A stretch of 64,000 nucleotides of DNA from a virus. The notes below the pieces were generated by a model. The model searched no databases, was not told the DNA's origin, and worked only from the letters and a program-made list of their open reading frames with translations. Position 1 is the first letter of the stretch; the number at the start of each line of letters is the position of its first letter. A program made the position numbers and the translations under genes. The DNA is taken from UHGV virus genome UHGV-1370948. One strand, written 5' to 3'. Positions 10,675 through 19,951 of this stretch are shown piece by piece.

Positions 10675-12663
10675 ATGAAAAAGACTTCAGTTAAAGATAT
10701 CACTAAGTTTCGCGAGGCGATTAAAAACGTCGTTTCAATGCTGGTAGCACGCAACATCCCCGTCATAGAACGTGGAGATAAGGCATATGTTGAATACAAC
10801 AAAGCCGGCGAACCTCTCTGCATCTGCATACCATCAATACCCGACGACGCCAGCGACAAGTTCCTGATGGCGGTACGCGGATTCATCGATCACGAAGTCG
10901 CTCACGTCCTTTTCACAGACAGTACGAAAGCCACCAGCTTCGTCTGGAACGCCGTAGAAGACACCTTCATTGAGCGAAAAATGGGGGAGATGTTCAAAGG
11001 CTCCAGAGCAAACCTCATCAACACACAAAAGCATGTCATCGATACGGTTTTCATTCCTAAAGAAATGGAGGCCATTGCTGAAAAGCTGGGCGATCAGACC
11101 CGTATGTTTATGGAGTTCTATCTGGTTCCCGTGCTGCGTGCTTGGAATGATCAAACGCCGTTCATCGACTACATGGAAGACCGCTGGGAGCGCGTTAAAG
11201 AGCCTGTATCAATCCTGATTAAACATGGCGTCGATAAGATGATCCCCAAAATATGCAGCACGAGCGATAGTGTGGCAGTGGCCTCGCTAATTGTCCGACT
11301 ACTGGTCGACAAGCCAATGGAAAGTGAAGACCCAGGTGAATCAAAGGAAAATGGGGAAGGTAAAGGAAAGTCTTCAAGCGAATCGTCTAATGACGATTGC
11401 GGTGATGGCGATCTACCCTGGCATGGCGATGATGAGCCTGAAGATAGTGAGGAAAAGGATTCCCCAGGATCAGTTGATAACGAAGAGGGGGAAACCGAAT
11501 CGGCCGACGACGGAGATGGCGGCTCTTCACAGTCAGAAGAAGACAAAAAGGCTGATGGTATCGGAGACGAACCTGGCGACCCGGAAAGCGGAGCGAGGGA
11601 TATACCAAAACCAACGAAAGGTGATCTGGAAAAGCTGGAGTCAACCAAACTTCCAAAAGGCGCCATGGATATGTCTATGGAAGGGGCAATGAAGATGATT
11701 ATTTCCAGCGAATCCGAATTGTCGACCGGCTATCGTCCGTATGAGCGCACTTACGACTTTATGGGGAGGCTTGAGCACGCATCGGAGTTCTTCAGAAACG
11801 TTCTGGCCACTTCGCCGAAAGGGTTCCACATGTACGGTGACGCTGATAACTACATGGTGATCCCAAAACATGAGGCCGTCTTCAATAAGAATATTAAGCC
11901 TCTAATTGGCGATGACATCGTCGCGACACTCGCTAAAGACCTTGAGCGAACGATAGCCAGCCAGAACCGCAATCAGTTTGTTCCAGGTCAGCGTCGCGGC
12001 CGACTGCATGGCCCAAGTCTGTATCGCCTGTCCGTCGATGATGACCGAGTTTTTCGCAAGCTGGAGGTCAAACGCGCGGTCAACTCATGCGTGCAGATTG
12101 TTATTGATATGTCTGGCTCCATGAGAGGGCAAAAAATCAAGACAGCTTGTGCAGCAGCCTACACACTGGCGGATGCATTGGCGCGTATCAACGTGAAAAC
12201 TATGATAACCGGCTTCACAACATCTTCTCTGGCGATGCCTGGGAAGTCCGAGTTTAACCGCTCTGAAGCGCTTTTTCTGCCAATTATCAAGGGGTGGGAG
12301 ACGCCGATATCCAGCAAACAAACGATATGCAACCTAGGTGCTCTCGCAGGTACGATGATACTGGCTGAAAATATCGATGGAGAAAGCATACTGGCCTTGC
12401 TTCAACATTTCTCTGGCCGCCAGGAAGATCGCAAAATCATGATTGTGCTTAGTGACGGAAGCCCAGCGGCTCAGGGGCGTGGTTTGACTGGCCACCTGAA
12501 AATGGTCACAAAACAGATTGAGCAGGATACCGATATCCATCTTCTAGGGATCGGGATTTTGACAGACGCTCCGCGTCACTTCTACCGCGACAACATCTGT
12601 CTGAACAATGTTGGTGATTTAGCCGAAACGCTCATCAAGCAAATGCAACGCCTACTTTCGTAG
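10675..12663 (+). CDS. CobT-like vWA-domain protein with a polyacidic disordered segment
   Basis: 662 aa. C-terminal vWA MIDAS motif (VQIVIDMSGSM). Long run of D/E/S/G-rich low-complexity sequence. Paired with an AAA+ protein downstream, as in phage CobS/CobT modules. Confidence 0.65.
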   Translation: MKKTSVKDITKFREAIKNVVSMLVARNIPVIERGDKAYVEYNKAGEPLCICIPSIPDDASDKFLMAVRGFIDHEVAHVLFTDSTKATSFVWNAVEDTFIERKMGEMFKGSRANLINTQKHVIDTVFIPKEMEAIAEKLGDQTRMFMEFYLVPVLRAWNDQTPFIDYMEDRWERVKEPVSILIKHGVDKMIPKICSTSDSVAVASLIVRLLVDKPMESEDPGESKENGEGKGKSSSESSNDDCGDGDLPWHGDDEPEDSEEKDSPGSVDNEEGETESADDGDGGSSQSEEDKKADGIGDEPGDPESGARDIPKPTKGDLEKLESTKLPKGAMDMSMEGAMKMIISSESELSTGYRPYERTYDFMGRLEHASEFFRNVLATSPKGFHMYGDADNYMVIPKHEAVFNKNIKPLIGDDIVATLAKDLERTIASQNRNQFVPGQRRGRLHGPSLYRLSVDDDRVFRKLEVKRAVNSCVQIVIDMSGSMRGQKIKTACAAAYTLADALARINVKTMITGFTTSSLAMPGKSEFNRSEALFLPIIKGWETPISSKQTICNLGALAGTMILAENIDGESILALLQHFSGRQEDRKIMIVLSDGSPAAQGRGLTGHLKMVTKQIEQDTDIHLLGIGILTDAPRHFYRDNICLNNVGDLAETLIKQMQRLLS

Positions 12664-12761
12664 CCGTTTTTTTGGGCAAGGATGATAAGTAAATACTTAT
12701 TTCCTTGTCTGTTATATATAAGTATCATTGACACATCAGAACTACTTCAAAAGGAAAACAC

Positions 12762-14012
12762 ATGTCGGTCGAATTGCAGAACAAAACAGTCGCTGAACAA
12801 GAAAAATCTCGCGAGATCGAAGAAAAGCCTATTTTGTGCAAATGGTGTGGCGGCGAGACCCATCATGTCGGTTCTCATTTCATTGGAAAAAAATGCTCTA
12901 GCATCCCGAAAGAGCACGAAAACAAGACGCCTAATGAATTGATGAAAATCTATGTTGCTGCATTTCCTGAAGCCCCGACTATGTCTGCAGCTGCCGCCAA
13001 ACGTCTGAAAGAGCACCAGGTCAAAAAGAAAGAAGAGCCATCTGTGACTCACGTCGGATATGCCGGTTTCGAAGACTACATGGTCGAAAAGGTTGCAGTG
13101 CATGAAATACTCGGTCTCGATGCTGACTTATTGAAGACGGCATCTGGCGAACCTTTGCGCATCACCGTAAACATCAACAAACCATTCCCGGAATTCGTGC
13201 CAAAAGCGAATCCTGACTATGTGTTCGGCGACATCGAGTTGCTTAAAGACGTGCTTATGATGATCGAGATGCGTATCCCTGGGTATCTATGGGGTCACGC
13301 AGGAACCGGCAAGAGCACGCTACCAACTCAGCTTTGCGCTCGACTAAACCGCCCTATCATCCGTGCGCAGCACACCGCGTCCACTGAAGAGTCGCATATC
13401 TGCGGGCAAATTCTTGTGCGCAGTGGTGCGACTTATTTCGAGCCAGGTCTTCTGGCAAGTGCAATGCGTAACGGGTGGGTTTATCTGGCAGATGAATATG
13501 ATTTCGCGTTCCCGCAAATCCTTGGCGTTTACCAGCCAGTGTTGGAAGGCGAACCACTGATCATCAAAGAAGCGACCCCGGAGTGGCGCTACGTCGAACC
13601 GCATAAACGATTCGCTTTCATCGGAACTGGCAACACCAATGGTTCCGGTGATGAAACTGGATTGTATCAGGGCACGAATATCCAGAACGCAGCTAACTTC
13701 TCTCGTTTCGGCATCGTCTCACACGTCAAGTACATGGACAGGTCTCATGAGTCCGCGATGCTGGAGAAAATGGGTTTACCGAAAGTGTACGCGACCATGC
13801 TTATCGATTTCGCAACCCGAATCCGTAGCGGGTATGAGGCAGGAAATATTAGCCAACCCATCGGGCCACGTGAACTGCGCAATGCAGCAGTGATTGGAAT
13901 GGCGCACAAAAACTTCAAGAAAGGCGTGACGAAGTCTTTCATCAATAAATTACCGTCCACCAGCGCGGTATCCGCAACCGAGATAGCGCAGCGCATCTTT
14001 GGTGATGAATAA
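12762..14012 (+). CDS. CobS-like / MoxR-family AAA+ ATPase
   Basis: 416 aa. Walker A HAGTGKST, plus Walker B and sensor regions typical of the CbbQ/CobS AAA_5 family. Confidence 0.7.
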   Translation: MSVELQNKTVAEQEKSREIEEKPILCKWCGGETHHVGSHFIGKKCSSIPKEHENKTPNELMKIYVAAFPEAPTMSAAAAKRLKEHQVKKKEEPSVTHVGYAGFEDYMVEKVAVHEILGLDADLLKTASGEPLRITVNINKPFPEFVPKANPDYVFGDIELLKDVLMMIEMRIPGYLWGHAGTGKSTLPTQLCARLNRPIIRAQHTASTEESHICGQILVRSGATYFEPGLLASAMRNGWVYLADEYDFAFPQILGVYQPVLEGEPLIIKEATPEWRYVEPHKRFAFIGTGNTNGSGDETGLYQGTNIQNAANFSRFGIVSHVKYMDRSHESAMLEKMGLPKVYATMLIDFATRIRSGYEAGNISQPIGPRELRNAAVIGMAHKNFKKGVTKSFINKLPSTSAVSATEIAQRIFGDE

Positions 14013-14193
14013 AGGTTGCTTTGGCTCAGCATTGACAGCCTCGGAAAAAAGCGAGATCTGCGCCCGATGTGGTGACAGATCTCGCTGTCATGATGAAGCC
14101 CGTAAAAACATTGAGGCTATGTTTGGGAAGTTTGTCGGATTCCCGATTGACAGCGTTAAAAATAAAAAAAGAACCACGAAGGAAAGCACATGA
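14005..14193 (+). CDS. hypothetical small Cys-rich protein
   Basis: About 62 aa. CARCGDRSRCH motif. Fills the gap between the cobS-like gene and dnaE. Start codon uncertain (TTG 13999, GTG 14002 or ATG 14005). Confidence 0.25.
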   Translation: MNKGCFGSALTASEKSEICARCGDRSRCHDEARKNIEAMFGKFVGFPIDSVKNKKRTTKEST

Positions 14194-16562
14194 AGGCATT
14201 AATGGTACGCACCGATTTTTCTCTTGGTGAATCGGCGCTGAAAGCAAGCCGCGTAGCGAAGGCTGCGAAAGAGTTAGGTTATTCAGCCATTATCAGCGCA
14301 GACACAATGAGTCTGGCTTCAATCATCCCGCTGCAGCAGTCGGCTGGTGATGACCTGGCTGTTATTTGCGGCGTCCGTCTGGTCATTAGTGACAATCCGC
14401 TTTATGAAGGCATGGTCAGAAAAGCCAAAGAGGAAGGTACAGAGATTCCGGTATGCAAGCCTGGTCGTCTGTACAGCTTCACAGCGTTGATAAAGAACGA
14501 TGAAGGGTATAAAGATCTGTGTGAGCTGATGACGTTGGGCAACCGCCGCGAACAGTTTTACTTTTTCCCGCGCATCTCGTTGGAGCAGCTGGCCGAAACG
14601 TATTCAAAGGGCAACATCCTTCTACTGACGTCTGATCGCGATAGCATATTTCATCGGCAGGACTTCGTTAAAATCCTGACTAAATTGCTGGAGGTTGGTG
14701 GGCGTGGCAACTTCTACAGCGTTGTGTATCCGATTGCTACGCCTCTCTACGATCAGTTGAACATGAAGGCGATGAAGGTGGCTAATGCGCTTAAAATCGC
14801 CCCTGTTGCGTTCTATCCAGCTTATTACGAGAAAGAAGAGGACGCAGACCTGCGCGACATTGCGCATATGGTTATCAATAACATCAAAACGGATCAGCCA
14901 TATCGTTTTCACATCCCACACCAGCGCGACAACTCAATCCAGAACCGCAAGCATTTGCTGGTTCGCTTGATGGAATTCTCGAAACGCATGGGTATCGAGG
15001 GTATTAGTTCCGCGATGGTTAACGAGACTCAGGACGAAATCATTGCGGCGTGCAGCTGGCGCTGGCATGAGATGCCGGTCAGTCTGCCAGTTATGGCGGA
15101 AGATGAGGGTGATTCGTTGACGCGAATGGCGGCAGAAGGATTGAAGCGTCGTTTAACAACGCTTGAATTTGGTTGGAAGCCACCAGCAGAGCAGTATCAG
15201 GTTTACATCAACCGTTTACGTTATGAGTTGAGTGTTCTGAAAAAGCTGGGATTTTGCGGCTACTTCCTGATGGTTGAAAATCTACTGTCATGGGCGCGTA
15301 AACAGGATATCCCGGTCGGGCCGGGTCGCGGATCGTCCGCCGGTTCACTTGTTGCGTGGGCGATTGGGATCACCAACATCGACCCGCTACGCCACGGTCT
15401 CCTGTTTGAGCGCTTCATCAACCCTGAACGTCTGGATTTGCCTGACGCGGATCTGGACTTTAGCCAGGCGCTCCGCCCCCGCGTTCTCGAATATCTTGAA
15501 GAGCATTACGGCGAAAAATATGTGGCTGGCATTCCAAACTTCTCTTATCTGGGTATGGCGTCGGCACTACGTGACACGGCACGTATCTACGGCGTGTCTA
15601 CCGAAGATATGGCGGTATCTAAGCAGTTGAAGCAATTCGATGATGAGGGATTATCTCTTGAAGAGACTCGTGAGCAGCTGGGCGCCCTCGACAAATACGC
15701 GAAAGCAAACCCGGAAGCATTCGACGCCGCGTGCAAACTCCAGTCACTGATGCGCAGCTATGGTAAGCACGCCGCGGGTGTCATCGTTTCTGGCGTACCA
15801 CTGACTGAGCGAACACCAGTTGAATTACGCAACGGGGTGCGCTGTATCGCGTTTGACAAGCGTTTCTGTGAATCTATGGGGCTTATCAAGCTGGACGTGT
15901 TAGGGCTGGCTACGCTCGATCTACTGGCTCTCGCTAAACGCTACATCAAAGAGAACGAGGGGATCGACGTTAACCTCGACGCAATCCCTCTCGATGATAA
16001 ACGCGTCCTTGAGGGTATGGCGTTGGGTGAAACAACTGGCGTGTTCCAGTTCGAGTCTGGCGGCATGAGAAACCTGCTTAAAAACCTTGGAAGCGGCATC
16101 AAACCAATGTCGTTTGAAATGGCCGTCGCCACTACCGCGCTATATCGCCCAGGCCCAATGCAGTCCGGCATGATGGATACCTACGTCAGCGTTGCGCGTG
16201 GTTATGAGGACGCTCACTCACTTCACCCAAGCCTTGACGAATTGACCAAAGAAACCAACGGGGTTTTGGTCTATCAGGAACAAATCATGAAAGCGTCGCA
16301 GATCCTCGCCGGCTTCTCTCTGTCGGAAGCAGATATGGTAAGGAAGGCGATTGGTAAAAAAGACATCGAGAAGATGAAAAAGATTGGTGCCGACTTTTCA
16401 GATCGTGCGCAGCTTGGTTGGTTGGAAGTCCAGACTGACGACGGCCAGATTGTCACTGTTCATCGCGCCGCGCTTCATCCGTGCTCTGATGGTAAGAAGC
16501 GCACTGTCGAGCAAGCCATGAAAGAAGATGCCGACATTATTGAATTTGACACCTCTAAGTAA
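14190..16562 (+). CDS. dnaE: DNA polymerase III alpha subunit, N-terminal piece (PHP, palm and part of the fingers domain)
   Basis: 790 aa. PHP domain at the N-terminus. Core motifs GPGRGSSAGSLVAWAIGITNIDPL, LFERFINPER and LYRPGPMQSGMMD match DnaE. Confidence 0.85.
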   Translation: MKALMVRTDFSLGESALKASRVAKAAKELGYSAIISADTMSLASIIPLQQSAGDDLAVICGVRLVISDNPLYEGMVRKAKEEGTEIPVCKPGRLYSFTALIKNDEGYKDLCELMTLGNRREQFYFFPRISLEQLAETYSKGNILLLTSDRDSIFHRQDFVKILTKLLEVGGRGNFYSVVYPIATPLYDQLNMKAMKVANALKIAPVAFYPAYYEKEEDADLRDIAHMVINNIKTDQPYRFHIPHQRDNSIQNRKHLLVRLMEFSKRMGIEGISSAMVNETQDEIIAACSWRWHEMPVSLPVMAEDEGDSLTRMAAEGLKRRLTTLEFGWKPPAEQYQVYINRLRYELSVLKKLGFCGYFLMVENLLSWARKQDIPVGPGRGSSAGSLVAWAIGITNIDPLRHGLLFERFINPERLDLPDADLDFSQALRPRVLEYLEEHYGEKYVAGIPNFSYLGMASALRDTARIYGVSTEDMAVSKQLKQFDDEGLSLEETREQLGALDKYAKANPEAFDAACKLQSLMRSYGKHAAGVIVSGVPLTERTPVELRNGVRCIAFDKRFCESMGLIKLDVLGLATLDLLALAKRYIKENEGIDVNLDAIPLDDKRVLEGMALGETTGVFQFESGGMRNLLKNLGSGIKPMSFEMAVATTALYRPGPMQSGMMDTYVSVARGYEDAHSLHPSLDELTKETNGVLVYQEQIMKASQILAGFSLSEADMVRKAIGKKDIEKMKKIGADFSDRAQLGWLEVQTDDGQIVTVHRAALHPCSDGKKRTVEQAMKEDADIIEFDTSK

Positions 16563-16575
16563 TAAGTAAAATGTG

Positions 16576-16615
16576 AAAACAAGTTGTTTTTTAGTTTCTG
16601 AAAACAACTTGTTTA
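16576..16615 (+). promoter_or_regulatory. two tandem copies of the AAACAAnTTGTTT palindrome in the 70-nt gap that splits dnaE
   Basis: aaaacaagttgtttt at 16576-16590 and aaaacaacttgttta at 16601-16615. Preceded by taataagtaa stop codons. Followed by the consensus RBS. Confidence 0.5.
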
Positions 16616-16632
16616 ATGACAAAGGAAAACAC

Positions 16633-17793
16633 ATGAAGATTACTAAAATCATCTCAGAGAAGCCCGGACTCAGCGAATCAAAAGCAAAAGAGGTCTGGGA
16701 TGCTTTCGAGAAATTCGGGTCGTATGGCTTTAACAAATCACACGCCGTGGCCTATACCGCAATCAGCTACCAGGCAATGTATCTGAAGACTCACCATCCG
16801 GCTGCATTCTTCGCCGCCGCACTGACAATTCAGGATGATGAAAAACACCGAGCTGTTGTAAAGGATGCACTGGCACGCGGCGTTATTGTGATGCCGCCAG
16901 ACATCAATCTCTCAACTGACCGCATCGAAATAGTCGAACTGAAGGATGGCCGGGCGGCGCTATATGCCCCCTTCTCAGCTGTCAAAGGTTGTTCTGAAAA
17001 AGGCAGCTTAGCCATTATGCGTGCTCGCGAGCGTGTAGGTGGTAAGTTTGAGTCGCGAGCACAATTCAAGGAAGCGATAGAGGCCAGACTTTGCAATATC
17101 CGAGTTCAGGAGGCTCTGGAAGCCGTTGGTGCATTTGCCAGTATTGAGCCTGGCAGCGAACCGGCGATGGCAGAATCCCGCCGCAAGGCTCAATCAGAGC
17201 TGATGGGAAGCCTCATTATCGATGCGGTAAAAGTGAGTCGCCCGTTCGAGATGAATCCGAAACGCCAGGCAGAAGTGTCGATGTTGATGGAAGAGCTGCG
17301 TAAAGAGGTCGGGGTGGGCGAAGATCTGGTTACTCCGCATATCGGCGTATCGCCAAAAATAATGATTATCCTCGACACAGCAAACGGCAACGATATCAGG
17401 ACGGGGATCTTCATGGAGAACGGCTACGAAGATTTTAAGGCGAAAATGCTCGTTAATGGCGATCTGCGCATGAGCGAGGTGTACGTTACCGGCGTCATTA
17501 AGCAAGATAAGAAGTTGCCACTGTCCCGCGACGCAGAGAACACCTACATCGAGTTTATGAAGAAAGAGCTTGAGCTGGTTAAACCAACCTACGTCCTGAC
17601 GTGTGGTCGCCTATCGGCCAGTCTCTTCAACGACAAAACCAAGGCAACGGATTTGGTCGGACGTAAGGAATACTTTGGCGCAATGGACTTGACCGTGTTT
17701 TACGGATTCAATCCGGGCATACTTCACTTCAGACCGGAAGAAGGTGAGAAATTGGAACTTATTATGGAAGACATTAAGGAAGCATTGTCATGA
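16633..17793 (+). CDS. dnaE: DNA polymerase III alpha subunit, C-terminal piece
   Basis: Starts at the consensus aaaggaaaacac-ATG. SYGFNKSHAVAYTAISYQAMYLKTHHPAAFFAA aligns with DnaE residues around 750-790. About 387 aa from this start. Confidence 0.8.
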   Translation: MKITKIISEKPGLSESKAKEVWDAFEKFGSYGFNKSHAVAYTAISYQAMYLKTHHPAAFFAAALTIQDDEKHRAVVKDALARGVIVMPPDINLSTDRIEIVELKDGRAALYAPFSAVKGCSEKGSLAIMRARERVGGKFESRAQFKEAIEARLCNIRVQEALEAVGAFASIEPGSEPAMAESRRKAQSELMGSLIIDAVKVSRPFEMNPKRQAEVSMLMEELRKEVGVGEDLVTPHIGVSPKIMIILDTANGNDIRTGIFMENGYEDFKAKMLVNGDLRMSEVYVTGVIKQDKKLPLSRDAENTYIEFMKKELELVKPTYVLTCGRLSASLFNDKTKATDLVGRKEYFGAMDLTVFYGFNPGILHFRPEEGEKLELIMEDIKEALS

Positions 17794-18212
17794 GCGAGGT
17801 TACAGTGTCACAGGAGTATATCGATAAGGCAATTATCGCTCTAAATAAGTCAGCATTCTGGGAGTTCGCAGACTGTCCCGTCACCATTCGTCTCGCTATG
17901 CGGCAGGCGGAGCTTGATGGGCGCCGAGCGAATAGCGCAGCACGTAGCGCAGCAAAGATAATTCTGAAGCGCGTGCGCGACCCGATGGTTCGAGATTATG
18001 TCGCTGTGATAGCTAAATCAAGCAATGTCAAAAAACACCTTGCTGAGTTTGAGGCTTATCGAGACCGACTGATATCAAAGGTTGCGGAGGAATTTGTCGA
18101 GGTAGGTAAAGCGGCCAGCGTCAAAGACTACCGTCTCCAGCGTGCTCAGCGTATAGCCATTACCGGGCGGGGAGTCGGAAAAAGAACGCTGGCAGAAATG
18201 TACGTAGCCTAA
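17790..18212 (+). CDS. hypothetical protein
   Basis: 140 aa. Start overlaps the stop of the dnaE C-terminal piece. Confidence 0.5.
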   Translation: MSEVTVSQEYIDKAIIALNKSAFWEFADCPVTIRLAMRQAELDGRRANSAARSAAKIILKRVRDPMVRDYVAVIAKSSNVKKHLAEFEAYRDRLISKVAEEFVEVGKAASVKDYRLQRAQRIAITGRGVGKRTLAEMYVA

Positions 18213-18257
18213 TTGTTCGTGTTAATATTTAAGCTCAAAGATAAGTAAGGATTTACT

Positions 18258-18422
18258 ATGGATTTAACCATTCCAATGTTCGTTTTAGCCTACTTAATCG
18301 CTGGCATCGGTTTCGCGAAAATCTGGTCTGAAGCGGCGAGTTGCGGTGATGTTGAGCTGAAGATAATCGGCTGCATCTTCTGGCCGATTGGACTGTTTGT
18401 TAGCGCTTTCTGGAGCTGGTAA
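18258..18422 (+). CDS. small membrane protein (54 aa, two predicted TM segments)
   Basis: Translated by hand as MDLTIPMFVLAYLIAGIGFAKIW...FWSW. RBS taagga. Its stop overlaps the next ATG. Below the 60-aa ORF-track cutoff. Confidence 0.4.
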   Translation: MDLTIPMFVLAYLIAGIGFAKIWSEAASCGDVELKIIGCIFWPIGLFVSAFWSW

Positions 18423-18862
18423 TGGATAAGGCGATCATCAAAGAAGTGATGGATGACATCAGGCTTGATACGCATGATTTGGACGCTGTCTGGCGTCGTC
18501 AGCCGGAGCTTGTCGCCATTTATGGTTTTAAACAGGTTGAGGCTGAAAGCGCCGCGAATGCTGCAAAGCGAGATTTAGAATCCATCGAAGCACGTCTCTA
18601 TTCGACGACGCGTGCCGGTCTGAGTTTCGACGGTGTGAAGATCAGCGAATCGACGATTGAAGCCAAAATAAAGTCGTCTCCGGCGTATCTTTCGGCTCGC
18701 CAAAAGTACGATGACGCGAAGTATCTCGCTGAGTTTTACAAGCAGGTTGTAAACGCACTCGGACACCGTCGAGACATGATCGTTCAGGCGTCTAAAAAGG
18801 CAATTTCCGAATACGAAAGAACAGGTGTTGAACGATTCAACGCCCCTAAAAATGTATCTTGA
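18422..18862 (+). CDS. hypothetical protein
   Basis: 146 aa ORF. Confidence 0.5.
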   Translation: MDKAIIKEVMDDIRLDTHDLDAVWRRQPELVAIYGFKQVEAESAANAAKRDLESIEARLYSTTRAGLSFDGVKISESTIEAKIKSSPAYLSARQKYDDAKYLAEFYKQVVNALGHRRDMIVQASKKAISEYERTGVERFNAPKNVS

Positions 18863-18928
18863 TAATAAGTGATCGCTTATCTATCATAACCAAGTGCAAT
18901 AAAAGCCATTAACAATAAAGGAAAACAC

Positions 18929-19906
18929 ATGTCCGCTTTAATGAACCTTCTGAAGAAAAGCCAAGAAGTTGCGAAAAACGCACGCGGCAATCGCGGGAAC
19001 GATCTGCAAAAGATGCAACCAGGCGAAAACTACGTTCGCATCATCCTGAACAAAGACGACCCTGACAATATTCCATTCTCCCACAAGTACGGCATTCACT
19101 ATGCCAAATCTAAAGGCGAAGATGGGAAGGACGTATACAGCGCTCATCTGTGCTTTCAGCATACCCATGATAAGCCGTGCGAAATGTGCGAAATGGTTAT
19201 GGAAGCTAAAGCGAAGTACAAAGGCAACAAAGCCATGGAAAAAGTCATTGACGATATGCGTGCCTCTCCGCGCATGGCTGTTGTCGGCATGTGGTCTCAG
19301 AAAGAAGACTTCAGCGACACCGACAAGACTTCTCTCATCGATATGCCTATGTCCGTGTTTGACGACCTGATGGACGCCATTATGCAGGATATGAACGATG
19401 AGATCGGCGAGCCGCTGAGCCGCGAAAAAGGTTACGCGTATCAAATTACTCGCACCGGCTCTGGTCTGGACACTGATTACAAAGTCAAACCGATGCGTAA
19501 AAACAAAACAGCCGTTCCGGCTAAGTTCTGGGATAACCAACCGTCTCTGGAACAGTTTGTAAACCAGACCGATCCGACAAAACTGATGGCGACCTCCAAA
19601 ATGATTGCTCGCGCGACCGGCATCGCACTGCCAGCGTCTATGGGTTCAAGCGCCGGCGCTCTGCCAACCCCAACCGGCAAAGCAGCTGCATCTCTTCCGG
19701 GCATGACCATTACCGGAGTTGATGACTCAACTGCCGAAGCCTCTTTGCTGGATAAAGAAGTTGAATACGCGAAAGAAGCCGTATTCGAGCCAGAAGAGAA
19801 AGAGGTAAAAGAAGTAAAAGAAGCGCCAGCAAGCGAGCCAGCAGCTGAGCCGGAAAACGAAGATCTGGATGACATTTACGCGCAACTTAACGCGCTTTCA
19901 ATGTAA
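18929..19906 (+). CDS. single-stranded DNA-binding protein, T4 gp32-like (putative)
   Basis: 325 aa. H-x-C-x6-H-x3-C-x2-C zinc-site-like motif (HLCFQHTHDKPCEMCE). Acidic C-terminal tail EPEEKEVKEVKEAP...EDLDDIYAQLNAL. Confidence 0.45.
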   Translation: MSALMNLLKKSQEVAKNARGNRGNDLQKMQPGENYVRIILNKDDPDNIPFSHKYGIHYAKSKGEDGKDVYSAHLCFQHTHDKPCEMCEMVMEAKAKYKGNKAMEKVIDDMRASPRMAVVGMWSQKEDFSDTDKTSLIDMPMSVFDDLMDAIMQDMNDEIGEPLSREKGYAYQITRTGSGLDTDYKVKPMRKNKTAVPAKFWDNQPSLEQFVNQTDPTKLMATSKMIARATGIALPASMGSSAGALPTPTGKAAASLPGMTITGVDDSTAEASLLDKEVEYAKEAVFEPEEKEVKEVKEAPASEPAAEPENEDLDDIYAQLNALSM

Positions 19907-19923
19907 GCCAGCCGTTGATTTTA

Positions 19924-19950
19924 AAGGCGTCTTCGGACGCCTTATTTATT
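19924..19950 (+). terminator. rho-independent terminator
   Basis: aaggcgtc-ttcg-gacgcctt followed by atttatt. Confidence 0.55.
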
Positions 19951-19951
19951 C

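Noticed and set aside
16563-16632. dnaE interruption as a split intein or a sequencing frameshift
   Set aside because: The extra residues on either side (about 45 aa and about 9 aa) are far shorter than split-intein halves and lack intein blocks. The gap is an organised cassette (stops, two palindromes, consensus RBS), not a single-base slip.
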